64,000 nucleotides of DNA from Octopus vulgaris (Eukaryota). The position numbers and the translations under genes are program-made. The notes under the pieces are model-generated. The model saw only the letters and a list, made by a program, of their open reading frames with translations. It did not search any database and was not told the DNA's origin. Position 1 is the first letter of the stretch. Each line of letters opens with the position of its first letter. Positions 37,616 to 51,066 of the stretch are shown piece by piece. Location: NCBI GenBank assembly GCA_951406725.2, contig OX597825.1, positions 21,018,001-21,082,000 of the forward strand. Direction: 5' to 3'.

Positions 37616-38525
<910 letters not shown>

Positions 38526-38927
38526 ATTATATGTATTGTTTCCAGTATAAATTAATATCACTAAGAAATATTACTGGTCCCTGGAAAAAAAAGATTGCTG
38601 GTACGCCACACCAGATAGTTTGATAAGCACTGCTGTACCTGAATGTCCTGTTGAAGTGTTATGTTATTCACAATGGTTTTATGGTTTTGTGACATCAGAG
38701 GACTCGCTGAAAAGTTGCAATTGTTCCTTTGTTCCTAACCTACAAACTCTAGTATGTTTCTTCGTATCATACTCTGTCATAAATAGTCAAGAAACACTTA
38801 ACTGTTGCAGTCTCACGTTTCCTACTTCTGTACAAATAGGTACAACTGTCTGCTGCTGCTAGCAGCTGTTGCGTTTCTTGTAATTAACATGTGTTTATAT
38901 TAGCTTTCAGTATTAATTTCAGCTTTG

Positions 38928-39530
38928 TGGAGGCGCAATGGTCCAGTGGTTAGGGCAGCAGACTCGCGGTCGGAGGATTGTGGTTTTGATTCCCAGACCG
39001 GGTGTTGTGTGTGTTTATTGAGCGAAGACACCTAAAAGCACCATGAGGCTCCGGCAGGGGATGATGGTGATCCCTGTTGTACTCTTTCGCCCCAATTTTC
39101 TCTCACTCTTTCTTCCTGTTTCTTGGGTAATGCTACGATGGACTGGCGTCCCGTCCAGCTGGTGGGAACACATACGTCATAGAAACCAGGCCCACGAGCC
39201 TGGCTAGGCTTGAAAAGGGCATAGTGGAGGTGCAATGGCCCAGTGGTTAGGGCAGTGGACTCATGGTCAGAGGATCGCGGTTTCGATTCCCAGACCGGGT
39301 GTTGTGTGTGTTTATTGAGCAGAAACACCTAAAGCTCCACAAGGCTCCGGCAGGGAGTGGTGGCGACCCCTGTTGTAGTCTTTCGCCCCAATTTTCTCTC
39401 ACTGTTTCTTCCTGTTTCTTGGGTAATGCTGCGATGGACTGGCGTCCCGTCCAGCTGGAGGGAACACATGCCACAGAAACCGGGTCTATGAGCCTGGCTA
39501 GGCTTCAAAAGGGCACATAAATAAAATAAG
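38928..39530 (+). mobile_element. tandem dimer of SINE family A + tail Y
   Basis: two head-to-tail copies starting at ~38928 and ~39225. Confidence 0.88.
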
Positions 39531-40197
39531 TTCAGCTTTACTCTTGGTACTGAATCTGCAAAAGGAATTCTACCATTGTCCTCTTTGATAAATTTGATTT
39601 CTACATCGTAAAAGAATATTCTTGTTTTCTAATATTAACAATGAGTTCATGGCTGTTTCCTGCACCAGTTTCGCATAGCCCCAGCCTATCCAAAGTACAT
39701 TGGATTGCAGAACGACCTGCTGTGCTTGAGGAGACCTATTGGGTCAAGTACATCAACATCAAAATAAATATCAAATGGAAATTGTAGTTGTGATACCTGT
39801 GCCGGTGGCACGTAAAAAGCACCATCCGGGCCGATGCCAGCACCACCTTGACTGGCTTCTGTGCTGGTGGCATGTAAAAAGCACCAACCGATTGTGGCTG
39901 CTGCCAGCCTCCTTTGGCACGTAAAAAGCACCCGCTATACTCATGGAGTGTGAGAGTGTACTGGGTGTTTTTTACTTGCCAGTTGTGTACTGGGGTTGAT
40001 CTAACCAACTGGCCCCCCCTCCCCAAAAATTTCAGGCCTTGTGCCTAGAGTAGAAAAGGATATTATTGCAGAGCATTTGGCCCCAACAGTCTGTCTGATA
40101 ATGTGCTTAGTGGTTGACTAAATACACTGCAGTTTATTGAATTGCCTGCATGAGTCAGTATGCATGCATCCAACCTACAGGCCTTATTCAACGTTAA

Positions 40198-40938
40198 CCT
40201 TTTTGTTACCATATTTCTGTTGAGATGCTCTGTGTTTCTTTTCTTTTACTTGTTTCAGTCATTTGACTGCGGCCATGCTGGAGCACCGCCTTTAGTCGAG
40301 CAAATCGACCGCAGGACTTATTCTTTGTAAGCCTAGTACTTATTTTATCAAACTCTTTTGCCGAACCGCTAAGTTACGGGGACGTAAACACACCAACATC
40401 GGTTGTCAAGCGATTTTTGGGAGGACAAACACACGGAGTGGTTGGCGTTAGGAAGGGCATCCAGCTGTAGAAACATTGCCAGATCAGACTGGGCCTGGTG
40501 CAGCCTTCTGGCTTCACAGACCCCAGTTAAACCGTCCAACCCATGCCAGCATGGAAAACGGACGTTAAACGATGATGATGATGATGATGATACACGACAG
40601 GCTTCCTTCAGTTTCTGTCTTCCAAATCCACTCACAAGGCTTTGGTCAGCCTGAGGCTATAGCAGAAGACACTTGCCCAAAGTGCCATGCAGTGGGACTG
40701 AACCCGGATCCATGTGGTTGGTAAGCAAGCTACTTACCACACAGCCACTCCTACGCCTGCGTTTTTTTTTTCAATTACATTAAATATAACAAAGAATTTA
40801 GTAAAATAACTTATCATTAAGCTAGTGTTAGGAACACAAATTGTGACCAAGGTTTGGTGGAAGATTTTAATTTGGAATTTTTGAAAACAAGACGTTAGTA
40901 CTACAGAAGTGGCTTCAGTTGGGTTGCTATTAAAAAGG
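40198..40938. mobile_element. piggyBac-like MITE family 2 hosting SINE D, which hosts a family F tail
   Basis: TTAA-CCTTTTTGTTACC...AAAAAGG-TTAA; SINE D(-) at 40243-40757; F(+) at ~40432-40590. Confidence 0.75.
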
Positions 40939-41749
40939 TTAAACTGTCAAAATTTAGTCACTGCTGCTAGCTATGACACAACCAGGTGTACCTGCTGTTG
41001 CCATTCTTATGTAATATTTCAAAAGGGAAAATAAGCAACAATAATGGTTTTATATAAAAGAAAATGGAAGTGAAATCATTGTGTACTTTCTTAATCTCAT
41101 GAGAAAAATGAAACCTTTTAGATTACTTAATGTCTCGCTTTGGCTGGTGACTAAACATTTGTATGGTGAAGAGGGGTCTGGTCTATTTAACAGAGAATTA
41201 TTTTCATTGATCCTTGAATGGATGAAAGCCGAAGACGACTGTGACACAATTTGATATGCGAATGTAGAAGCACAGAACTGAAAGACATTTAGGCATTTAG
41301 TCAAGTGTGTTAACAATTCTTCTGCTTGGCTAGATTACTTTTGAAATGGTAATTAACTGATGTGTTTTGTATTTGTTTTAATTTCAGTGACGTTGTTTAC
41401 GCTTTCATAAGAGGTTCATTTGTTACAAAATATTTGTTTCTTTTTTAATAAGGAAATGTGGTTGGGCTGGAAGTTTTTTTGTTGATTAGTGTTATCATCA
41501 TCAACATTTAATGCCTGTTTTTCCAAGCTAGTGTGTTTATGTCCCTTGTAACTTAGTGGTTCGGCAAAAGAGACCAATGGAATAAGTACTAGGCTTACAA
41601 AGAATAAGTACTGTGATTGATTTGTTCGACTAAAGGGCAGTGCTCCAGCATGGCTGCTGCCAAATGACTGAAACAAGTAAAAGAATAAAAAAAGTCACTT
41701 TTCTGTGCTTATAAGGGTCAGGCAGATTTTTCTGTTTTCTCTCCCCGTT

Positions 41750-41786
41750 CCTTTCTGACGAAGAGCATAGGCTCGAAATGTCAAGG
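41750..41786 (+). ncRNA. minimal type-I hammerhead motif
   Basis: CCTTT-CTGACGA-A-GAGC-atag-GCTC-GAAA-TGTC-AAGG; stem III ACGT decayed to ATGT. Confidence 0.7.
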
Positions 41787-42038
41787 ACTCTTTCATTTTT
41801 CCTGAGCATCAAACTAATACACCCTGTTTGTTCTTCCCTGGATCAGATTTTCCTATGGCTGGATATCCTTTCTGTCGCTATCCCTTATCTGTTTCCAGGC
41901 ATAGTTAATATTTACCATTATCAGACATGTCTTTCACGTCTTACTGGAAGCAAACAACACTGCTTATATAACAGTGATGCTTGTTTACGACCATCGCATA
42001 ATGTCAATGCAAGGGTACATACAAACGCGTACACACAT

Positions 42039-42077
<39 letters not shown>

Positions 42078-43546
42078 CATATATCTATCATCATCATTGT
42101 TTAACGTCTGCTTTCCATTCTGGCATGGATTGGACGATTTGACTGAGGACTGGCGAACCAGATGGCTGCACCAGGCTCCAATCTGATCTGGTGAAGTTTC
42201 TACAGCTGGATCCCCTTCCTAACACCAACCTTCCCGAGTGTGTAGTGGGTGCTTTTACATGCCACCGGCATGAGGGCCAGTCAGGCGGGACTGGCAATAG
42301 CCACGCTCAAATGGTGTTTTTTTTATGTGCCACCTGCACAGGAGCCAGTCGAGCGGCACTGGTAATGACCTCGCTCGAATGTTTTTTCAAGCTTCTTTCA
42401 CTTTCTGTCTACCGAATCCACTCACAAGGCTTTGGTCAGCCCAGAGTTAGAGTAGAAAACACTTGCCCATGCTGCCACACAGTGGGTTTGAACCCAAGAC
42501 TACATGCTTAAGAAGCAAGCTTCTTAACCACATAGCCCACACCCTAGGGAATTTAAACAGCTTCATGATCTCCATTTGCCGGGACCTTAACGTTTGCTCT
42601 TTGATGTTTGCTGCTGAATTGAGATTTAAAGCTTCTGTTATGCATTAGTGTCTGAACATAGGTATAGTCATACTTCACAACAGTGTGGTTTCAGGTTCAG
42701 TTCCATGTTATGGTACTTGGAGATAGTGTATTCTACCATAGCCCTGCATTGACCAATGCCATGGGGCTAAATTTGGTAAATGGAAACTTTGTGTGTGTGT
42801 GTGTGTGTGAAAGGTTTCCCCTCTTCACATACATTATTAGTGCCCTTTCTACTCTGTGTGTTATAGTTTGTCCCCCTCGCTGCTTTTAACAACCAGTGCT
42901 GGTTTGTTTACATCCCTATAACCTAGTGATTCAGCAAGAAGAGACTGATAAAGTACAAGACTTGAAATAAATGCTGGGGGTTGATTTGTTTGACTAAAAT
43001 CTTCAAGGTGCTGAGTGCTCCAGCATGGCTACAGTTCAGTGATTGAAACAACTAAAAGAATAGAAGAATAAACAGAATCACTCTTCCATGGAGATTATAT
43101 AAACGTAGGGAAAAAATGTTACTGAATGGGGAGATTACAAACAAGATATACTATAAAGTAGTCTTGTACCTCTAGAATATTCTCTTACCAAGGAATATAC
43201 CATAACTGCACAAAACCCAAATGGATCAACAGCATGTAAATTTAAATAATTTTATCTTTGTCTTTTGTTGGTATTATGATTAGAATTTATTCTGCATGTG
43301 TTGGTGCCATATAAAAAGCACCCATGCTGGTGCCATTTGAAAAGCACCCATGAGACATGACTTAAGTTGAATTAACTTGTCTCTAGGCTAGGCCAAATTT
43401 ACTTGTCTCTAGGCTAAACTGATAGTAACTATTCCCACTTCTGTACTTTATTTTGGTTAATAAATACATGGTTAATAAAAACCTATTTTAAGCTTACAAA
43501 CAAATATTTTTTATTTTTTAATACAGTACAGTAAAAAAAATAAGTA

Positions 43547-44059
43547 CCGTAAATTGTCGAGTATAGTCTGCCCTTGAGTATAATACGCAGGGGATTTTTA
43601 GAGGGCTGTACCTCTGAAAAACCTAAACCTTGTGTATAATACGCATACCTTCTCTAACTTGAGTCAAGGAGCTCTATATAATGTCCTTGGTTTGTAAAAA
43701 TGTATACGGTAACGCCCTTTATCATTATCGTACATATAACATAATGCAAACGTGTAGCTTTTTTGTACATTTTGTTTGCAGAAAATAAAGAAATAACAAT
43801 AATAATGTTTAATAAATGTTGCTTACTGCAAGTTATGACTGATTCTTTTATGACTTCATTGCTTTCAGGCTTAGCTTAAGGTATTTTCACGCCCGACATC
43901 ACAAAATGCGTCTGAATAAACATTGCCGAATAGCAAATAGAGACTCAGACGTTGCTTTGAAAATAATTTTCGTTTTTAACCTCGTATATAGTACATACTA
44001 GAGATTTTGACCTTTAAATTTTGGGAAAAAACATGCGGATTATACTCGAGGATTTACAG
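43547..44059 (-). mobile_element. Tc1/mariner(pogo)-like MITE
   Basis: TA TSDs; reverse copy of 12369-12853 and 57073-57585. Confidence 0.85.
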
Positions 44060-44554
44060 TAATCTAAATTTACGAATACAATTTGGCAGTATTTACTGTA
44101 CATCACGGATGCTTTATGAATGCGGTTCGCAACAAGACATGGTAAAATAGTCTTTTTTATGCTTAAAAACCAAATTCAGTAATCATTATTATTTTACAAT
44201 AGTAAAAAAAAAAACTAAATTATTTAAAATATACCAATATGTACATACAATTTTATGATTTTGTGATTTCTTTCACTAAATACACTACTTTATGGTGTGT
44301 ATCTTAACATTTACTGTACATATTTTAATATGACTTTATATGTTTTTATTCTTATTTATTAAACAGTAACATGATTTTATGTGCTTTTAATTGTTTCCTA
44401 GTGATTTTACGATTCCAATATTTGTGGCAGGCAGACGTAAAGTCAAGTAAAATGACTTGATATCTATTTTTCCATATATTATTTGTGAAAACCAATGTAT
44501 AATTGAGAATGACTTAAAGGGAAATGAATTGAGTCAAGGTATGCCTGTATGTAT

Positions 44555-44625
<71 letters not shown>

Positions 44626-44686
44626 CGAGTGAGTAGACAGTCGAAAGAAGGGCACTTGACACATTTATTGGGAGTTACATGTATGG

Positions 44687-44829
44687 ATCAAAACAGTTTG
44701 ATTCAAACTCCTTGGTACTTTGAGTTTCAGGTGTGTTACTAGTCTTTGGCCATTGGACTCTGATGGCTGAAGAATAGCAACACACTTGAAATTTTGAGTA
44801 CCAAGTAGTTTGAATCAAACTGTTTTGAT
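44687..44829. repeat. 143-bp imperfect palindrome
   Basis: ATCAAAACAGTTTGATTCAAACT.CTTGGTACT ... AGTACCAAG.AGTTTGAATCAAACTGTTTTGAT. Confidence 0.85.
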
Positions 44830-44835
44830 TATATC

Positions 44836-44872
<37 letters not shown>

Positions 44873-44874
44873 GA

Positions 44875-45132
44875 AAACGTGAGGCTTAGTTGTTAGGCTG
44901 TTTCACTAATGATCAATAGATGGTGAATTCAATTCCCTGATTGGGCAGCACATTGTTTTCTTGAGCAAAACACTTCATTTCATATTGCTCCAGTCCACCC
45001 TTTTGATCAGGTGGGAATGTTGACCTGTTTGCCTAGCCAGTGGGGTTGCGTCATTTGAAGGCTAAAACAATGCAAAACTGCATTGTGACCAGTGATGTGT
45101 GACAACATCTGATAGCCTGGTCAGTCATGTGA
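44875..45132 (+). mobile_element. SINE family B head + tail Z
   Basis: tail shared with 61949-62248(-). Confidence 0.7.
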
Positions 45133-45138
45133 TATATA

Positions 45139-45184
<46 letters not shown>

Positions 45185-45188
<4 letters not shown>

Positions 45189-45395
45189 GAGTGAAGTGAA
45201 GGCTTTTGAGGAGGCCCGGTGGATGACACATGCAAGACTCAAGAGAGATTTAAAGAAGAATGTTGGGATTGAGAACTTGAATCCTGGTGACCTTTTTGTG
45301 TGCACAGTTTGTGACAAACCATGCGTTTCTTTTGCTGGGCTCAAATCTCATTTGCAGACCCATGGAAAATGAACCTCCACCAACTACTCAGCCTA
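45185..45395 (+). mobile_element. RTE-like LINE 3' end with C-terminal C2H2 finger
   Basis: VKAFEEAR...FVCTVCDKPCVSFAGLKSHLQTH*; 5' end abuts (TA)n. Confidence 0.65.
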
Positions 45396-45639
45396 TATAT
45401 GTGTGCAGGCAGCAACGTTAGCACGCTGAGCGAAATGCTTAGAGGTATTTCGTCTGTCGTTATCTTCCTTGTTCAAATTCCGTCGAGGTCGACTTTGCCT
45501 TTCATCCTTTCGGGGGTTGATAAATTAAGTACCAGTTACGCACTGGGGTCGATGTACTCAACTTAATCCCTTTGTCTGTCCTTGTTTGTCCCCTCTGTGT
45601 TTAGCGCCTTGTGGGTAGTAAAGAAATATATATATATAT

Positions 45640-45878
45640 GTGTGCACGCCTTTTAATGCCATGTATGCCTCTAACGGAGGTCTCAAAAGACATTTTAAGG
45701 TCCACAAAGATCTGAACTTAACTGCAGCTCTTGGTGGTCCAAACCAGATATGCCATCTATGTGGGTGTCTTTTCAATGCATTGTCTGGTTTAAAAAGCCA
45801 CATCGGACGCCATGAGGGATCTAAGGTGTAAAGTACAAGAGGTGGTCAAACTCTGCATAAGGAGTAGACAACCACCAT
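45640..45878 (+). mobile_element. RTE-like LINE 3' end with two C2H2-type fingers
   Basis: YASNGGLKRHFKVH...ICHLCGCLFNALSGLKSHIGRH; short 3' UTR ending ACAACCACC. Confidence 0.6.
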
Positions 45879-46529
45879 ATATATAATATAATCAGTAAGA
45901 AGTTTTGTGACTAATATTTTAAGTCTTCTGGTGAGTATGTAGTTTATGTAGACAAGGTTCAATGGTGATGAAACCTGTAAATGGCTACATAAATTTGATT
46001 CAAAGGAAAATTAAATTCTAACTTCATATCATTTTTTTCCCACATAACGAGATCAAGAATTTCGAATTCATTTGTCAATATGGGAACAATTTTCTGGTTA
46101 CTTTCAGTTCATTTCTTGTTTTACCTTTTTACCTTTTCTTTCCATTTTGCTATGAACTAAACTCAGTCATATTTACGCTTTTTACCTGTAATTCCATAGC
46201 TAATTCTTCAGCTTTCTCATTTTGTTTATAGTTTGTCTCATTGATGCAGTCTGCCATTAACTTGTTCATTTTTAACCACAGTATTGTTTTAAAATTGTAT
46301 ATTTTCTCTGTTTCCATTGTTGTCTTTTGGTATTGTATTAAATGCTTTAATGTCAGTATTTCCTGAATTACCCTTTTCCATGTGCCAAATATTTATTAAA
46401 TGTGTGCATAAGACAAACAGGAATTGGAAAAAAAAATGCAGGGAAACAAAACAAATTAAATTTAACCCTTTCGTTACTGTATTTATTTTCAGATGCTCTG
46501 TTTCTTTCAATTACTTTAAATATAACAAA

Positions 46530-46896
46530 TGTAAAGTATAGAAGCCATCTTAACATGGCTAACCACATATGGGAGGGGGTGTTACTGTAGCTTTATAGCC
46601 CCAGGAGATCGTCATCTCCAGCTGGCTTTAGACAGCATTTCAGTGCCCTTGAAGTATTTGCAAAGGAGGCCATCCCTTCCTCGCAAGCCTGAGTGATACG
46701 CTCGGACTAGTTTCGGGATTTTTGTCCCTTGTCAACGGGCGGTAACCACCAGGTCGCGATGAAAGAGAAGGCCGCCTTGCAAATATATAAGAGTTTTTCT
46801 AGTGACGTCTGCCACTGATTTCGAAACACTGACAGTAAGCATTATTAAATCTCAGAATGAGATTGAAACAGTAATCGCTCGATAATGTAAAGTATA
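46530..46896 (-). mobile_element. retrozyme-like or solo pLTR-like element, 356-bp unit
   Basis: terminal redundancy AATGTAAAGTATAGAA at 46528 and 46884; colinear with 34917-35277. Confidence 0.8.
46699..46741 (-). ncRNA. intact minimal type-I hammerhead ribozyme motif (U3-A8)
   Basis: minus strand CGCCCG-TTGACAA-GGGA-caaaaa-TCCC-GAA-ACTAGT-C-CGAGCG. Confidence 0.85.
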
Positions 46897-47435
46897 GAAT
46901 TTAGTAAAATAACTTAGTTATCATTCAGCTAGTGTTAGGAACATAAATTGTGACTAAGGTTTGGTGGAAGATTTTTATTCAAAACTTATGAAGACAAGAC
47001 CTTTGTACAACAGAGCCAGAGCTGGTTTCAGCCGGGTTGGTAACGAAAAGGTTAATTAAATAATACTCTATTAAGGTTATCTGTTTGACAATAATTTTTC
47101 TGTTGATTCGATCTGTCTAGTTGCTTCCTGTTTTTCTATGCGCACATGAAAATGTAAAAATGTTTCGGTTACATAACAATGTGCATCAAATTCATGAAGA
47201 CAAGTTGTTGAGAGAAAAGAATGTAGAATAAACAACAAAGTTTGTTGTGTGTGATTTATTGAGGAATAGACTAAGTGGGTTTTTGCCAAATAATAACAGA
47301 TATATATTTAGAGCAAATTCAAGGACACTGTGAAGCTCATTGGTTGTGGGTAACATGATACAGTGCAGTTTATAGATTTTACATATGAATGCCATACAAA
47401 TGAAAAAAGAAAATACGAGATGATATATTTGCAAA

Positions 47436-48109
47436 GCAGGAGTGGCTGTGTTGTAAGTAGCTTGCTTACCAACCACATGGTTCCGGGTTCATTCCCACTG
47501 TGTGGCACCTTGGGCAAGTGTCTTCTACTATAGCCTCTGGCCGACCAAACCCTTGTGAGTGGATTTGGTAGACAGAAACTGGAAGAAGCCCGTCGTATAT
47601 ATGCATGTGTGTATATGTTTGTGTGTCTGTGTTTGTTCCCCCACCATTGCTTGACAACCGATGGTGGTGTGTTTATGTCCCCATAACTTAGCAGTTCAGC
47701 AAAAGACGCAGGAGTAGCTGTGTGGTAAGTAGCTTGCTTACCAACCAGATGGTTCCCAGGTTCATTCCCACTGTGTGGCACCTTGGGCAAGTGTCTTCTA
47801 CTTTAGCCTCTAGCCGACCAAAGCCTTGTGAGTGGATTTGGTAGACGGAAACTGAAAGAAGCCCGTCGTATACATGTATAGATATAGATATATATGTATG
47901 TGTGTTTATATGTTTGTCCCTCTAGCATTGCTTGACAACCGATGCTGGTGTGTTTACGTCCCCGTCACTTAGCGGTTCGGCAAAAGAGACCGATAGAATA
48001 AGTACTGGGCTTACAAAGAATAAGTCCCGGGGTCGATTTGTTCGACTAAAGGCGGTGCTCCAGCATGGCTGCAGTCAAATGACTGAAACAAGTAAAATAA
48101 GTAAAGAGT
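47436..48109 (+). mobile_element. two family D SINEs in tandem (first is 3'-truncated)
   Basis: second head at ~47708. Confidence 0.85.
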
Positions 48110-50876
48110 ATGTGGGTAGGGAAGGAGTTCCAGGGGCCTCCAGTGTTTGTCAAAATAGGATTGTGAAGAAAGCATTTTGTTAGTGGTTTAGGAGGTGAGG
48201 CATAAAGGATACGATGACCACATGGACAGTTGATTGTGTTGGATGGACATGGGTGAAACAGGAACACAACATAGTAGTTTTAAGAGATGGAGATCAGGGT
48301 ACCTGTGGCCTGCCGGATGCAGCCTGTGAGCGTGGACCTCTTCTATGACCATTTACTGGATACAATACTATATTAGGCAAATGAGCAGTGAGCAATTAAG
48401 CTTAATTATAGAGTTGTTCTGATTTATCAATAACTGGTCTACGTTTAAATACTTTCAGCTTCTGATGAAGAAGAAATGTAATCATTAAGACATTGTTTTG
48501 GTATTACGATAGACATATAGCTGTATAGTATATGTGTGTGTGTATATGTATATATATATTTATATATATATTAGATGTTGATTATTTTCCAGAAGCATTT
48601 AAGGTTCAGTGCTTAAAAATATCTGATGAAATGTATTTTTTGAGGTGTTGGCATAGCTAAGGTGCAGGCATACCTGTGTGGTTAAAAAGTTTGCTGTCCA
48701 TCCACGTGGCTCTGGGTTCAGTCCCACTGTATGGCACCTTGGGCAAATGTCTTTTACTATATAGCCCCTGGTTGACCAAAGCCTTGTGAGTGAATTTGAT
48801 ACACACACACACCACATATTTTTCCAGTTTCCACCTACCAAATCCACTCAGAGTGCTTTAGCGAGGCTTAAAATTATAGTAGAAGACACTTGCACTGTCC
48901 ACATATTAATTTGTACAAGTGTATTTCTTCACAAACAACTGTAGGTTATTAATAATAGTTAATACGGAAATCACAAAATATGAAAATAATACTTGTTTTT
49001 ATGAGACGCAGTAATGTTTTTTAGATTCCAAGATGATATAACGTATCTGGACGAATGTCGTACAATTTATCTCACAATCTGTGACTTTGTTGCGCAGGAA
49101 AAGTTGTACTTGAAACAAGTTTGTAAACAAACCTGTTGTTGTTTGATAATGAAAGAGGAACTGAGGAGTGTCTGTAGCATTATCGGCAAATTGGTCTGGA
49201 TTGTATACCTTGTGGTTGTTTATTTGTAGTTTAGTCTTGTTCTCGTAGACCTATATAATCAACAGAATTCCAACCATGACCATCCTGTCTTTTATCCAGA
49301 TATTGTGTATTTACCCCTTTAGTTACCTACCCGGCTGAAACCAGCTCTGGCTCTGTAGTACAAATGTCTTGTTTTCATTTTCATAAGTTTTGAATTAAAA
49401 TCTTCCACCAAACCTTAGTCGAAATTTATGTTCCTAGCACTAGCTGAATGATAACTAAGTTATTTTACTAAATTCTTTGTTATATTTAAAGTAATTGAAA
49501 GAAACACAGATCATCTCAAAATAAATACAGTAACGAAAGGGTTAAGACAATCTCTTTCAATGTATCTTGTCATTTTTAACCCTTTAGAATTCAAACTGGC
49601 CATATCCAGCCCAAATATTCTACCCAATTTTATGTCCACACTGGGCAGATCCAGACTCTCACACTTACCCTGTGTTCTAAAAGCAAATAATCACATCTTC
49701 AAAATCTTAAAGTTACAAAGTAATACATGATGATGATGATCATCATCATTGTCATCATGGTTTAATGTCCATCTTCCATGCAAGCATGTGTAGGATGGTC
49801 AACAGGAGCCGGCCAGGTAGAGAAACTACCCATGGCTACTGTGTCTGTTTTGGCAGGAATTTTACGGCTGGATGTCCTTCCTAACACCAACAATTCCACA
49901 AAGTGTACTCAGTGCTTGTTGTGTGGCACTAGCACAGGCGAGGTTAGTTTTGGTATGATTTTTATTGGTGGCTGCCCTTCCAAATGCTAACCACGTTAGT
50001 GTGGATTGGATGCTTTTAACATGGCACCATTCCTGGCTGGGTAACTAAGTAACTCACAACACAAGGAATTATGGGAGGGGCAGGGCATTTGAGGAGAGGA
50101 ACTTGTGTCAGAGGATGAAAGGTTAGAGTGTGACAAAAAGACAGAGAGACAGAAGCAGGTGTCTTGCCAAAACAGAGGGGTCATTAAAGGAGGTAATCCA
50201 GTATCAGATGATGAAAGGTTAGTGTAACTGAGAAATAGAGAGGCTGAAATAAAGCAGCATTACATTTGACAGGTATCTGAATGCTAAAGGGTTGAAACAG
50301 CAAGGTATGGTATAATTGCTGTTTGGCTGCTATTTCTAAAAAAGTCTGTTGATTGTGTTAGAGGCTTTCTCATTAGCCTGAGGATAGCAAAGTCTCAGTG
50401 AATGAAATAATTACAAGCTGGAATCATGCCGAAATTGCAAACTTCATTCGCTGGGTACTTAACACCCTTGTATAATGACACCTGCTACATTCATATATAT
50501 AAATGGTGTCATTTGTTTATAATTCTCTATAAAAGCATGTCCAGGCTGTTTGCTATATGATAGACTCAGAGGAAATATTACCTTGTCTAAAAGGAGATGC
50601 GGTTGATGACAGGTAGTGCTTTTGGCCATAGAAAAATCTGCCTCAACTTAAATTTGCCTGACTCATAGGAGCATGTAGAAGTAGACATTTAAGCAATGGG
50701 GATGATTTCATACACACACACACATACACACACAATAAATAATCAATTGTTGATGATTATATGATATCTTTTAAGATGTTCTCTATAGATTTTCTGTAGA
50801 CTTCAGAGCCAGCACTGCAAGTTGCAATGTTTCATAATGTCGTAACTGGCTCTAAATTTCATAGAGAATCTGTCAC

Positions 50877-51066
50877 GTGAAAATATTGCCCTGCTAACAC
50901 ACAGTGAAAATATTGCCCTGCTAACACAGTAAAAATATTGCCCTGCTAACACACAGTGAAAATATTGCCCTGCTAACACACAGTGAAAATATTGCCCTGC
51001 TAACACAGTAAAAATATTGCCCTGCTAACACACAGTGAAAATATTGCCCTTTTAACACACAGTAAA
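50877..51066. repeat. minisatellite, 7 units of 27/25 bp
   Basis: AAATATTGCCCTGCTAACACACAGTGA (27 bp) and AAATATTGCCCTGCTAACACAGTAA (25 bp). Confidence 0.95.

Larger units (their letters stand above)
46466..47051. mobile_element. piggyBac-like MITE family 2 hosting the retrozyme-like unit
   Basis: TTAA-CCCTTTCGTTAC...GTAACGAAAAGG-TTAA; uninterrupted copies at ~49314-49541(-) and ~52142-52360. Confidence 0.8.

Noticed and set aside
48455-48530. CTGATGAAG as another hammerhead
   Set aside because: No correctly placed GAAA after a stem II; too decayed to call.
50877-51066. 27-bp repeats as CRISPR, or the LAGQYFHCV repeat protein
   Set aside because: Contiguous units without spacers; the 25-bp units break the frame.
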